DNA from: Plasmodiophora brassicae
Taxonomy: Eukaryota
Assembly: GCA_036867785.1 (NCBI GenBank)
Contig: CP145423.1
Location: forward strand, 372,001 to 436,000
Reading direction: 5' to 3'
Length of the DNA: 64,000 bases
Made by a program: the position numbers and the translations under genes. The notes beneath the pieces are model-generated. The model did not search any database. It was not told where the DNA came from and worked only from the letters and a program-made list of their open reading frames with translations. Of the stretch, positions 1 to 10,116 are shown one piece after another; the first letter of the stretch is position 1, and every line of letters begins with the position of its first letter.

Positions 1-514
1 CCGTGAACACCAGCTGCATGCCGGACGCGTACACTTCGTACGGGCGCTTGAACGACTTTGCGAGGTGCGAACGGCCGTCCCTGCATATCCAGATCATCTT
101 GTCGGCTTGGATAAACCGGCCGATGGCCTCTGGGACGTGACCCTGTTGAAGGCTGCGAAGGAACAGGTCGGCGTTCTTGATCATGTCCATCAGATCCAGG
201 TTCATGTACGCGAAACCGAGGCTACGAGGGATTGGCATGTTCGTCATCGGTGACGACAGGGTGTCCTTGTCCCAGGACCTGGTGTACACTTCGTCCACGT
301 CGTACGTGATGCCGTCCGCCAGCGTAATCATCATGTTCGCGACCCGGCCTGTCAACGGACATCGGAACCATGTCACGTTGGCGGCGTTCAGCAACGCGTC
401 GGCATGGCGTGCCCGTTCAGGCGCCAACATCAGCGGGTCCGACGGGTACACAGGCACGAATACTCCCACCGCACAGCGCGCGACCACAATCGCTACGAGC
501 GACGACGTCCACAT
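1..514 (-). CDS. Putative secreted U-box protein (runs off the window start; absent from the ORF track)
   Basis: Manual minus-strand translation from ATG 514 is open to base 1: MWTSSLVAIVVARCAVG (signal-like)...WFRCPLTGRVANMMITLADGITYD...SSPMTNMPIP...NLDLMDMI, matching the U-box pattern CPLT..DG.TY..SP.T..N..L..I. Confidence 0.75.
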   Translation of the reverse strand, partial: MWTSSLVAIVVARCAVGVFVPVYPSDPLMLAPERARHADALLNAANVTWFRCPLTGRVANMMITLADGITYDVDEVYTRSWDKDTLSSPMTNMPIPRSLGFAYMNLDLMDMIKNADLFLRSLQQGHVPEAIGRFIQADKMIWICRDGRSHLAKSFKRPYEVYASGMQLVFT

Positions 515-821
515 CGTGTTGTCCAACAGCAAGTTTCGATGGTGAAGGCGTGCAGTTTGACAAGTGTCGGTCTTGCGGAGACGGCCGACGGTCGTGGACC
601 GCGCCTCCACTGGCATGCGACCAAATATAGACCTGTCAAACATGTCACACGACTCATCTCAGTGGACGCGCTGTCGCTGGCGCGACTCACGAACTGCGTG
701 GCGGGGCACAGAAGCTGCTGGGTCCGTTCACGCCGAAGTTCGCTGGCTCTGCGTTTATTTCCGCGCGTTCCGGCCACCTGCTACGCCTGCATTGCGTTTC
801 GTGTGAAACGGTACCCCCCGT

Positions 822-2168
822 TTATGTATCCAGTGTGAACCTGGAGTCGTTGTCGGTATACCTTGGCGCCGTCTTGCGGATGGGATTGGAGGATATAGCA
901 CCAACGTGCTGGACGATGGACGGGGTGATTTCGAGTACGTCCCAGTCGTCCGAGCCCTGCATCCAGTCGAACATGTCGATGTCAATGGGGTCCAACTGGT
1001 CAACAGGCTTGCAAAGGCGCTGTTCCAGGTGCAGTTTCAAGGCGGTCGCTGAGCTTCTGGTGAAGACGTTCGCAACGTTGCCCGCTGACTCAGTGCATGG
1101 TTCAAGGTGTGGATCTCGTCTTTCAAACATCTCAACGATTTGCTGTCGCCCAAGGATCATCATTACGGCGATCGTAGTCCCGAAGACGGCGCATACGAAT
1201 TTGGCACCGGCCTTGAAGGTTCCAGTTTCAACAAGCAATGGTTCATAGTCACTTGAAAGCTCCATTATCATGAAGCGAGCCCGTCTGCAGAAGCATTTTG
1301 GGGCAATCCCAAGTATTGCAATGCAAACTGAAACAATGGCAGGAAACACAGTTAGCTCGAATAGCGTTCGAAATGTTATTCCGAACCCATTCAGGAAGTC
1401 ACCAACGTACGCCTTCAGCATAAGATGTTTTCGGCGGGGTTCCGGACGCTGTTCAAGCATCGCTCTCAGTCTCACCAGGAATGCTCTTGACAGCATGGCA
1501 TCCTCCTCGCAGATAATGCACCACGGTGCCTTCGAATCGAGACACGCGCGAAGCGCCTCGACGTAGCCGACGTATTGGTCCTGGATCCAACCGAAGACGT
1601 CCTCCGCCCCCGTCCGTGCTGTACCCGACCGCAACGAAGCACTAGTATTCTCCAGGTCTCTTGCCGTTATCGATTTCCGTTGAGCTGACTGTCGACCGTA
1701 AATGTCGCGGACCGTCACCCCGGGTACGTCCCGGAACCTGTCCAAACCTGGGTCGACCTGGCTCGGTTCGTTCGTGTTAATGAGAGCAACACGAACGGAT
1801 TTGAGGTCGCCTGCCGTGCTTCCCGTTATCAGCGACCAGAAGAAGACGTTCAGGTACGGGACGGGGCGCTTCGTCGTCATCACGACGAATGTGAAGTCAG
1901 GCGGGTCGGTTTCCGTTCCGAACGAAGCGGAAGACGGCTGAAAGGTGGACATAAACGCCGCAGTGGTCGCAATGACGTGATCGTGGACCGCGCGCGCATC
2001 ACGCGTAGCTAACACGTTCACTGGTGATCGTGGGTGTCTCCACCCCATCATGAACGTCATCACGATAACGACTGCGCAAATGCGCCAGACACGCGACACG
2101 AGAGCCGATCGCCGCATCGGCATGGTGGGTTTCGTGGCCGGTTTGGCATGTAGTTGTTCCTGCCGCAT
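822..2168 (-). CDS. PGAP4/TMEM246-like GT-A glycosyltransferase, copy 1
   Basis: Intronless ORF with an N-terminal TM, CIICEEDA acidic motif, two internal TM segments and C-terminal PSIVQHVG. ATG 2168 is shared with the paralog; an alternative ATG lies at 2189. Confidence 0.7.
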   Translation of the reverse strand: MRQEQLHAKPATKPTMPMRRSALVSRVWRICAVVIVMTFMMGWRHPRSPVNVLATRDARAVHDHVIATTAAFMSTFQPSSASFGTETDPPDFTFVVMTTKRPVPYLNVFFWSLITGSTAGDLKSVRVALINTNEPSQVDPGLDRFRDVPGVTVRDIYGRQSAQRKSITARDLENTSASLRSGTARTGAEDVFGWIQDQYVGYVEALRACLDSKAPWCIICEEDAMLSRAFLVRLRAMLEQRPEPRRKHLMLKAYVGDFLNGFGITFRTLFELTVFPAIVSVCIAILGIAPKCFCRRARFMIMELSSDYEPLLVETGTFKAGAKFVCAVFGTTIAVMMILGRQQIVEMFERRDPHLEPCTESAGNVANVFTRSSATALKLHLEQRLCKPVDQLDPIDIDMFDWMQGSDDWDVLEITPSIVQHVGAISSNPIRKTAPRYTDNDSRFTLDT

Positions 2169-2699
2169 GGTGTTCTTCGTCTGCAACATGTGGTTCCTTG
2201 CCGAATTCTCAACGCAAGAACGAATGAATCATTGTCTTCGAGTCCCGCGGTCACGCCTTTAGTCATGCGTAATGGTCGCGCGCGTGCCCCTGTGCGGGAG
2301 GATCTGGAAGCGGATGCAAGGTGAACCACCTCGTAACCGCATGGGAAAACCCGGTGGACATCCGTTTACGGACACCCGCGTCTGAGCATCATCCACATGT
2401 ACAAACACATTTCAACAATACTGTAGCCATCGACGGCATTGGCAATGGTGCGCGCGACACGTAGGTGGAGCCGGTTCCATAGAAGGGGGCTAGGTGCCAG
2501 AGGGTGAGTGACGTGAGTCATGGCGATGGAGAGAGCACGCGCACTGTCCACCACTGAACCCATATAACGGTGCGTCTCCCGTAGAGTGCACCACGAGAAA
2601 ACAGAACGTTCAGGATCGTCTCGCTTCTTCCGATGCGGTGTTGCCCTCTGATGATGTGGTCGTTTCGGTGTCCATATTAGTTGTCGTATTGCGTCAGTG

Positions 2700-3020
2700 C
2701 GTGCGTTGCATGATAGTCGAGCCGGCTCCCAGTTAGCTGCTCTAGACACGTCGAAGCCAGACCATGAAACCTTAATCTGCTGCTCATAGGTTTCGCGATC
2801 AAGACGCCATTCGAGCAATCATCAAAGAGGAGTACAGTATGATCTCGGTCGTGATGTTGACGTTGGCGTCAGCATAACGTCGGATTCGCTGTGTGTGCGC
2901 TAGGAAGCGTCGTATCGTCAGTGGGTCCCCGAGTTCACACACCTGATCATTGATGCGTTGAACGACCCTGTACGGGCCGTTTCGCTTTCAAGCCGTAGTC
3001 GCCCGGGATGAACGTTTCGT
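2700..3020 (-). mobile_element. Degenerate Ty3/Gypsy (chromovirus-type) integrase C-terminus remnant
   Basis: Frameshifted minus-strand pieces in the expected order: TFIPGDY, GPYRVVQRINDQVCEL...HTQRIRRYADANVNIT (GPY/F module), LEWRLDRETYEQQIKVSWSGFDVSRAANWEP (chromodomain). Confidence 0.7.
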
Positions 3021-3433
3021 AGTGACGTCCAACTAGGCATCAGCGAGTTAACGACATCCTGGGTCGTCGCCAACCGCCTCCTGCGGTCATCTACGTCGAC
3101 AAAGATGACCAACGTAACCGGTGTATGTTGTCAAGGACATCCTGGGTTCCCGACTCTACCGACGGCAGTTACCGTACCTGGTGAACTGGGAAGGTTCCAC
3201 GACCACGGAGCGATCCTGGGAACCTGCTCGGAATTTCGGGGAGTATTCGCCGACACTTCGTATGCTGACCCTCGACTTCCACTAGCAAGTACCCAAACAA
3301 GCGAGGACCCGGCCTTGAGAGGGTGACCATGTAACGCGCAGATCCGGACTGCCTGTCCTGCTCTGCGTTTGGTTTCGCGCGTTCGGGCCGCCTGCTACGA
3401 CTGCCCCGTTTCGTGTGCAACGGTAACCCCCGT

Positions 3434-4771
3434 TTATGTATCCAGTGTGAACCTGGAGTCGTTGTCGGTATACTTTGGGGTTTTGCAGCTGGGGTTGGAG
3501 GACATTGCACCCATGTGCTGGACGATGGACGGGGTGACCTCGAGTAGGTCCCAGTCGCCCGAGTCCTGCATCCACTCGAACATGTCGAGATCAATGGGCT
3601 TCAACTGGTCGACAGCCTTGTAAAGGCGCTGTTCCAGGTGCAATTTCAAGGCGATCGCTGAGCTTCTGGTGAAGACGTTCGCAACATTGCCCGCTGCCTC
3701 GGTGCATGGACCAAGGTGTGGATCTCGTCTTTCAAACATTTCGACGACTTGCTGTCGCCCAAGGATCATCATTACCGTGATCGTCGTCCCGAAGACGACG
3801 CATGCGAGTATGGCACCGGTCTTGAAGGTGCCAGTTACAACAAGCAATGGTTCATAGTCCCTTGTACGTCCCATTGTCATGAAGCGAGCCCGCCTGCAGA
3901 GCTGTGGGTTCATTGCAAGTACTGCAATGCACAATGAAACAATGGCAGGCAACAGAATTAGCTCGAATAGCGTCCGGAATGAGTATTCGAACCCTGTCAG
4001 GAAGTCACCGACGTACGCCTTCAGCATAAGATGTTTTCGCCGGGGCTCTGGGCGCTGTTCAAGCAACGCTCTTAGTCTCACCAGGAACGCTCTTGACAGC
4101 ATGGCATCCTCCTCGCAGATAATGCACCACGGTGCCTTCGAATCGAGGCACGCGAGAAGCGCCTCGACGTAGCCGACGTACTGGTCCCGAAACCATTCCT
4201 TGACCTTCTTCCTCGTCTGCGATTTACCCGACCGCAACGAGGCGATTGTTTTCTCCAGGTCTCTTGTCGTTTCCGATTTCCGTTGACCTGACTGTCCACC
4301 GTGAACGTCGCGGACCGTCACCCCTGGTACGTCCCGGAATCTGTCCAAACCTGGGTCGACCTGGCTCGGTTCGTTCGTGTTAATGAGAGCGACGCGGACG
4401 GATTTGAGGTCGCCCGCCGTACTTCCCGTTATCAGCGACCAGAAGAAAACGTTCAGGTACGTGACGGGGCGCTTCGTCGTCATCACGACGAATGTGAAGT
4501 CAGGCGGGTCGGTTTCCGTTCCAAAGGAAACCGAAGACGGCTGAAATGTGGTCATGAACGCCGAGGAGACCGCGACGACATGATCGTGGACCCGATGAGC
4601 GTCACGCGTAGCGAACACATTCAGCGGTGATCGTGGATGTCTCCATCCGATCAGGATGGTCATCACGATAACGACCGCGCTAATGCGGCAGACACGCGAC
4701 ACGAGAGCGCATTGCCGCATCGACATGATGGGTTTCCTGGCCGGTTTGACACGTTTTGGATCCTGCCGCAT
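3434..4771 (-). CDS. PGAP4/TMEM246-like GT-A glycosyltransferase, copy 2 (tandem paralog)
   Basis: Aligns end to end with 822-2168, with long identical blocks; ~70 nt beyond the stop is also similar. Confidence 0.7.
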   Translation of the reverse strand: MRQDPKRVKPARKPIMSMRQCALVSRVCRISAVVIVMTILIGWRHPRSPLNVFATRDAHRVHDHVVAVSSAFMTTFQPSSVSFGTETDPPDFTFVVMTTKRPVTYLNVFFWSLITGSTAGDLKSVRVALINTNEPSQVDPGLDRFRDVPGVTVRDVHGGQSGQRKSETTRDLEKTIASLRSGKSQTRKKVKEWFRDQYVGYVEALLACLDSKAPWCIICEEDAMLSRAFLVRLRALLEQRPEPRRKHLMLKAYVGDFLTGFEYSFRTLFELILLPAIVSLCIAVLAMNPQLCRRARFMTMGRTRDYEPLLVVTGTFKTGAILACVVFGTTITVMMILGRQQVVEMFERRDPHLGPCTEAAGNVANVFTRSSAIALKLHLEQRLYKAVDQLKPIDLDMFEWMQDSGDWDLLEVTPSIVQHMGAMSSNPSCKTPKYTDNDSRFTLDT

Positions 4772-4787
4772 TGTGTTCTTCGACTGT

Positions 4788-4941
4788 GACACGACAACGC
4801 GGGAACGAGGGATCGGCGCTACTACGCGTATCGAATCTGGATCCGCTAGTGGAGGCAGCGTGCCGGAAGCTGGGTCGGCTGCCTAGGTGACGTCACGGTG
4901 CGTGACGTCACGCTCATGAATCACGACCGCGAGGCCGTGAC
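4788..4941. repeat. Diverged fragment related to the internal sequence of the MITE at 31647-32126; two TGACGTCA motifs
   Basis: gggatcggcgctactacgcgtatc..gatccgctag and gccggaagctggg..ggtgacgtcacg..atcacgaccgcgaggccgtgaca match ~31703-31747 and ~32000-32066. Confidence 0.7.
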
Positions 4942-5003
4942 AGTCTGCAACACCACTGTCCTACTCCCGTTGCCACTTCCGGGTCAGACCATGCCTCACT
5001 GCC

Positions 5004-5330
5004 TTATATTAGGTCCATCATGGCCGACGGCGCTCGGGTGCGTGCCGTGTGCCGGACGTCCACGTCGACGAACGGCTCCGGTTCGCTCGTTGTCAATCGT
5101 CGGGACACGCTGGACCCGTAGGCGGGCGTTGTTCGGATGACGTGCGCAAAGTCGCGCTCGAGCAGGGTCTTCACGGAGTCCTGGTGCAGTTCGCGACGGG
5201 CGCAGGCGATCACGCACACGCTGCAGATGATCACGACGAGCAGCACGACGATCAGGACCAGCATGACCAGGTTCGGCGTCGATGATGTAATCTCCTGGAA
5301 GCCGTCCCGTATCCAGTCGCCGGACGACAT
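5004..5330 (-). CDS. Small single-pass membrane protein (hypothetical)
   Basis: ATG 5330; strong TM LVMLVLIVVLLVVIICSVCVIAC followed by RR; GC3-rich codons. Confidence 0.6.
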   Translation of the reverse strand: MSSGDWIRDGFQEITSSTPNLVMLVLIVVLLVVIICSVCVIACARRELHQDSVKTLLERDFAHVIRTTPAYGSSVSRRLTTSEPEPFVDVDVRHTARTRAPSAMMDLI

Positions 5331-5465
5331 CGCTGGCCTGCCTACCCAGCTGAAACGAATGCCACGTGGCTCGGCTATTTCCGGCGCTTGCCCCAATTTG
5401 GCAATCGAACGTCCGATTCCGATGTTCGTGTAGTCTATTCACACAGTCATATGGTACAATGGGGA

Positions 5466-6196
5466 TTACTCGAGCATGAATATGCGATTGGAGACGTCCT
5501 CGACGAGCCAGTTCATCGCGTCGACGAGGCCGTCACCGGTGATGGCAGATACGGCGACGATCTGCCAGTGATGGGACACGATCTTGTCGAGTTGCAGAAC
5601 GCGACCGATCTCCTCGCACGTCAGCGACCCGTCCAGGTCCTGTTTGTTCGCCAGCACCAGAAGCGACGCGCCTTCGAGTCTCTTCGCCAAACGACAATCA
5701 GGAGCCGTGCACAGAAAGGCAATTCGATATCGCGGACCTCTTCCCGTAGGACGTCGTGGAGGTGTGCCCTGCATTCCTTCAACCGTCGAATATCAGCGGA
5801 ATCGACGACCCAGATCAGCCCGTCGGTCCTCTCGAAATAATTCCTCCAGTACGACCGGATCGTCGTCTGCCCGCCAACGTCCCATATATTCAGAGAATAC
5901 CTGCCAACGGCTATAGTTAACCATACGAACCATAAACTCGACAAGACGGTCGCTTTTACCCCCTGTAATCAAACGTCGATATTTGAAAGCCGAGAGTCGG
6001 GCTGATCTGTGCGAACGGTCAGCGAGATGGAGACGGGCGGCGTGCGCGCGCGCGCGCGACAACGCACCTCGTTGACGTCCTCGCCCGAGAACTGCTTGAC
6101 GACCGTCGTCTTGCCGGCGTTGTCCAACCCGAGCATCAGGATGCGCATCTGTTTCTCCTTGCGCTTGATCTTGCGCAGGACGCCCAGCAGGCCCAT
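5466..6196 (-). CDS. ARL2: ADP-ribosylation factor-like GTPase 2, 4 exons
   Basis: [74 protein letters not shown]. Three GT-AG introns join these in frame. Confidence 0.95.
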
Positions 6197-6632
6197 CGCA
6201 GCGGCACGGTGTGCTGCGCCGCCGACGCACCACCTCCGCCCACTGGTCCGTCACATTTTCCAGCCGCGCCTATAACCACTGGAACCCGAATACTCCCGGT
6301 CAAACTATGCTACAGACGGTCAATACACCTGCATGAAAGCGTCACCAGGCATTCGATCCTGGGCGTTCTTGTGCCCGGTTGCCCGCCAGGTAATACGTGG
6401 AATGACCAGCGTCGGTGTACATAGGTGGGGAGCGCGCCTGCGGACACACCGGGTGGGCGCCGACGTCGGTGACGTTATTTTTGGGACCGTGTCCCTGTGG
6501 CACGGAGGCGGGGCCGACGGTATTATCAATCATTTTCCCACCCGCGTCTTGGATTGCGCCCGCCCAGTGAACGAATAATTATTCGGCAGCGCGATTGGAC
6601 TTGGTGTCATTTGCGATTTTGACGGGGCCGGG

Positions 6633-7928
6633 ATGGGGTGGACGGCGCCCCGGGCGATGCTGGGCCAGGCGCTGGCCCAGGACGTCTGCGTCGTGGCGCT
6701 GGCGACGCTGCACGGCCGACGGTCACTGCTGGACGTCCCGGACCACGTCGTCCTGGCCATCATGGAGATGCTCGACGCGGATGACATTTGCCGGCTTCGC
6801 GCCGTTTGCGCGCGCCTGCTCGAGCTCGCTGACGATGTCGCGTTCGTGCAGCGGGTGCTCAGGAGGGATTTCGGCGATGTCGACGCGGAATCGGATGATG
6901 GCCTGCATGAGCACTCGGTGGCCGATTGGAGGTCGTACCAAGCGCATTACGGCGCCGTGCAGGGACGGAGGCGCATGCGCGTCATGAGGAAACATCACCA
7001 GGAAGCGATGGAACGTCGAGAGCGGCTGCAACGCCTGGCGATCCATTACTTCACCTTCTTCCACGATCGCGTCGTGTCGGTCGCGTTGCCGCTGTTGGCA
7101 CTGGTCGGTGTGATCTGCATCGGGCTCAAGCTGGACGGGTCGATCTCCTGGGCGTGGTCCACCGTCCTGTGGCCCTGGTTCGTGATGGCCGCCGTGATCT
7201 GGATCGGCGTTTCGACACTCGTCTCGGTGTCTGTGAAGCAACATCACTGGCTGTTCGACCATATCGTCACTTCGGAGTGGTCGGGATGCCTGTCCGGCCT
7301 ATCACGCGACATCGTTCGCGGGGGCGTATTCGCCAATGCAGTCGCGCTCCTGATGTGTCTCTGCTTGACTCTGCAAATCATTCTGATCGCACTGAGGCTT
7401 GACGCGATCGTCCTGGCCCCATGGTCGGTCATCCTGCTGCCGCTCTGGATCACGTACACATTGGTCTGCGTGGCTCCATGTTCTGGTTGGGTGCTTCATT
7501 CGGAACGGTTGTTGTTCTTCGGGCTGCTCTGGGCGGCCGCCCTTACGTGGTTCTTTGTGTTCACCATTCTTCTAACTATACACCTCGACCAGGGGATTCT
7601 GTCCTTATCGCACGTCTTCATCCCACTGTGGATAGTCGACGGCATCTTTATTGCTGTGGCGTTCATCGTCGTACTGAGCGCGTTCCTTGACTTCCTGTCC
7701 CCATGCTCTATCTTCGGGTGCACTTTGAACGACGTTCTCTACGTTTCCGCATACCTCGGCGTCGCCATCGTCGTGTTCGCTCCTCTTGCCGTTGTGAAAA
7801 GCCTCATCATCTACAAGATCATTTCTGCACCCGTATCTCTATCGTATATCGCGGTCCTGTCCCCACTGATCATCTGGTTCGGCCTCGCTGCGTGCTGCTC
7901 GTTCACTGTTACATTGGTGGTGGAGTGA
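6633..7928 (+). CDS. F-box + multi-pass TMEM185 (Fragile-X-F)-like membrane protein; ends uncertain
   Basis: F-box LLDVPDHVVLAIMEMLDADDICRLRAVC; repeated TMEM185-type motifs LKLDGSISWAWSTVLWPW, LRLDAIVLAPWSVILLPLWI, VFIPLWI. Confidence 0.75.
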   Translation: MGWTAPRAMLGQALAQDVCVVALATLHGRRSLLDVPDHVVLAIMEMLDADDICRLRAVCARLLELADDVAFVQRVLRRDFGDVDAESDDGLHEHSVADWRSYQAHYGAVQGRRRMRVMRKHHQEAMERRERLQRLAIHYFTFFHDRVVSVALPLLALVGVICIGLKLDGSISWAWSTVLWPWFVMAAVIWIGVSTLVSVSVKQHHWLFDHIVTSEWSGCLSGLSRDIVRGGVFANAVALLMCLCLTLQIILIALRLDAIVLAPWSVILLPLWITYTLVCVAPCSGWVLHSERLLFFGLLWAAALTWFFVFTILLTIHLDQGILSLSHVFIPLWIVDGIFIAVAFIVVLSAFLDFLSPCSIFGCTLNDVLYVSAYLGVAIVVFAPLAVVKSLIIYKIISAPVSLSYIAVLSPLIIWFGLAACCSFTVTLVVE

Positions 7929-8171
7929 CGCCCAACGATGAAGTGCCTCGCGGCCTGGCGCACGTCCACACTCTAATATTCGTTGACAATGAACGCAGGT
8001 TGTTTTTTCTCTAAACCGCATTGACGTTCTCAGGTACGGCTGGGGGAATGTCACACCAGGCATGGATTATTACACACACTTGGCAGGTCGAGGTGGAGCC
8101 ACCTGTGCTCTCGGTCACAGCGTAATGAGGGGCAGCGCCTGATATTTGCTGTGAGCGGCGGACACTTGCCG

Positions 8172-9119
8172 ATGAGCGCCAGGATTGATCGACCAGCATC
8201 GTCAGCTGCGCTTCCCGAGCTTCGTCGGCCGTTCTTTTCCGATGCAGAGATCCGCGCCGCCTTCCAGACGCTTGACGTCGACGGCAACGGGTTCATATCG
8301 TCGACTGAGCTTCGCGTCGTGCTGGATGCGTGCGGTAAGGCTGTTACTGACGAGGAAATCGACCAGATGATGAGGGTTGTGGATGCGGACGGCGATGGGC
8401 AGTTATCGTTTAAAGAGTTTGGCAACATGGTCAAGCGGGAGATCATGGGATTGCAGTCGGTCGAGATGGGCGACATGGCGGCGGAAGAGTCGAAGCCGGC
8501 CGAGGCGTCCAAGATGAGCTCGATCGACAAGATGAAGAACCGGATCAAGAAGCAGAGCGAGATCTTCGAGTTCGTGTCCAGCCTGGCCCTGGACCTCGGG
8601 CAGCTCGAGGATCTGTTCTTCCAAAAGGTCCAGCGCCTGCCGTCCCGGTACATCCGGTACGATCAGTTCTGCAACATCTTCCGGTGCCCACAATCGCGTT
8701 CGGCTGAGAACGTGTTCACCGTCTATGGCAACGGCAAGGACGGCGAGGTGGACGCCCGCATCTTGATCATGGCCATGTCCGCCGTTCTGCCCGTTAACCA
8801 GCTGAAGAAGGCGAAGTTCTCGTTCCGCCTGTTTGACCACCAGCAGTCCGGAAAGATCGACAGGGACGCCCTGATCGACATTCTCAAGGCGAACCACCTG
8901 ACCATCCTGCCCGAGGAAGTCGACAAGAAGGCCGACTTGATCATGTCGGCGGCTGCCACGCCCGATCAACCCGACGACATCAAGTTCGACAGTAAGCGAT
9001 ACAATCGCATTCAGACAGTGTTTCCAAACTGACAATTCGTCCTCAATGCAGATTTCGTGGAGGTCATCAAACGATTCCCGAATATCGTCTTCCCGGCTTT
9101 CAAACTCAATCAACAATAG
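8172..9119 (+). CDS. Multi-EF-hand Ca2+-binding protein (calmodulin-like lobe + calcineurin-B-like region)
   Basis: EF loops DVDGNGFISSTE and DADGDGQLSFKE; KAKFSFRLFDHQQSGKID. Intron ~8992-9050 gives the C-terminus FVEVIKRFPNIVFPAFKLNQQ*. Confidence 0.85.
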
Positions 9120-9599
9120 TGACGTTTTTAATGCCTCCTCATGCCTTACCTTGCAATACGAGCGCCTTCGGCAGGTGAACACTCTCAGAACGCCTTCTGG
9201 CAGCGAATCCTGGTGTCGATCAGGAGCTCGTCCGTCCAAGGTCATCTAACAATGTTCTGGGCGTTTTCGTCGACTACGAACGCACGGAGATGTTTGCTCC
9301 AAGCTCGCCGTGCTACCGTACCCGTTTATGTCCAGATGACACCTTCTGTCGCCTTTGCCCTGAATAGGCCAGCTTGGTCCGACGTTCGGCGGATCTAACC
9401 GTTAGCATTAACGTTGGACCCGGAAACCTATCAGGTGTTGTCACCATGCAAACGGTTTAGTGATGGTGCTGCTGGTACGACGACGCGTTGACTAACGCTT
9501 CGGCACGATTGGCGAACACGTTCATCCTGAACTTAGGTAGTCCAGCTGGCCATCACCCAGCAGTCAAGCACTTACGCGACCGACGTCCAGAAAGTCGCG

Positions 9600-9767
9600 C
9601 TTGTGGGACAACTGTGCGTCCGTCACCAGGCTCTGGAACTCAGTCGCGAACCTGGCGAGGGTGCCCCTGCTTTGGTAGAGACTTTGAAGCTTCCGGGCAA
9701 CCGTCTCGGCCGGGTTCGGGTTGCCGAATCAGGCCTTGAGCGCATTCGTGAATGCGCTGAAATGCAT
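9600..9767 (-). mobile_element. Degenerate Ty3/Gypsy gag remnant
   Basis: FSAFTNALKA*FGNPNPAETVARKLQSLYQSRGTLARFATEFQSLVTDA fits the Retrotrans_gag pattern; in-frame TGA at 9729-9731. Confidence 0.65.
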
Positions 9768-9848
9768 CAGGGTGACCTTACTGGTTAGGTTCCTATTTGA
9801 CGGGGTGCGGTGGTTGTATTACGTAATTGTTGCCGTCACCGCTCTTGT

Positions 9849-9876
9849 GGTTGCTGTTGTTGTTGTTGTTGTTGTT
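9849..9876 (+). repeat. (GTT)n microsatellite
   Basis: ggttgctgttgttgttgttgttgttgtt seen directly. Confidence 0.9.
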
Positions 9877-10082
9877 ATTCTCTGTCTCAAACGTTGTAGA
9901 ATATGTACTGCGTGGTCCGTAGCACGCACGATGGCTGCTTCACCGGAATTTGCGACGCCCGTTTGATCACGGACTCACGGTGTCCGAAGGCTGTTCCAGT
10001 ATTAGGGCGCATATCCTATACGTCGCGGTGCGCGTTCGGACCGCACGGTGTCCGTGGCGGACTTGCTCTTGCAATCAGTTGT

Positions 10083-10116
10083 GCAATTCGCGAGCGTTGC
10101 AACGCTCGCGAATTGC
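10083..10116. repeat. Perfect 34-bp palindrome
   Basis: gcaattcgcgagcgttg|caacgctcgcgaattgc is its own reverse complement. Confidence 0.95.

Noticed and set aside
177-545. Plus-strand 122-aa ORF
   Set aside because: Antisense of the U-box frame.
6044-6058. (CG)n tract in an ARL2 intron as a Z-DNA element
   Set aside because: Short and unremarkable in a GC-rich genome.
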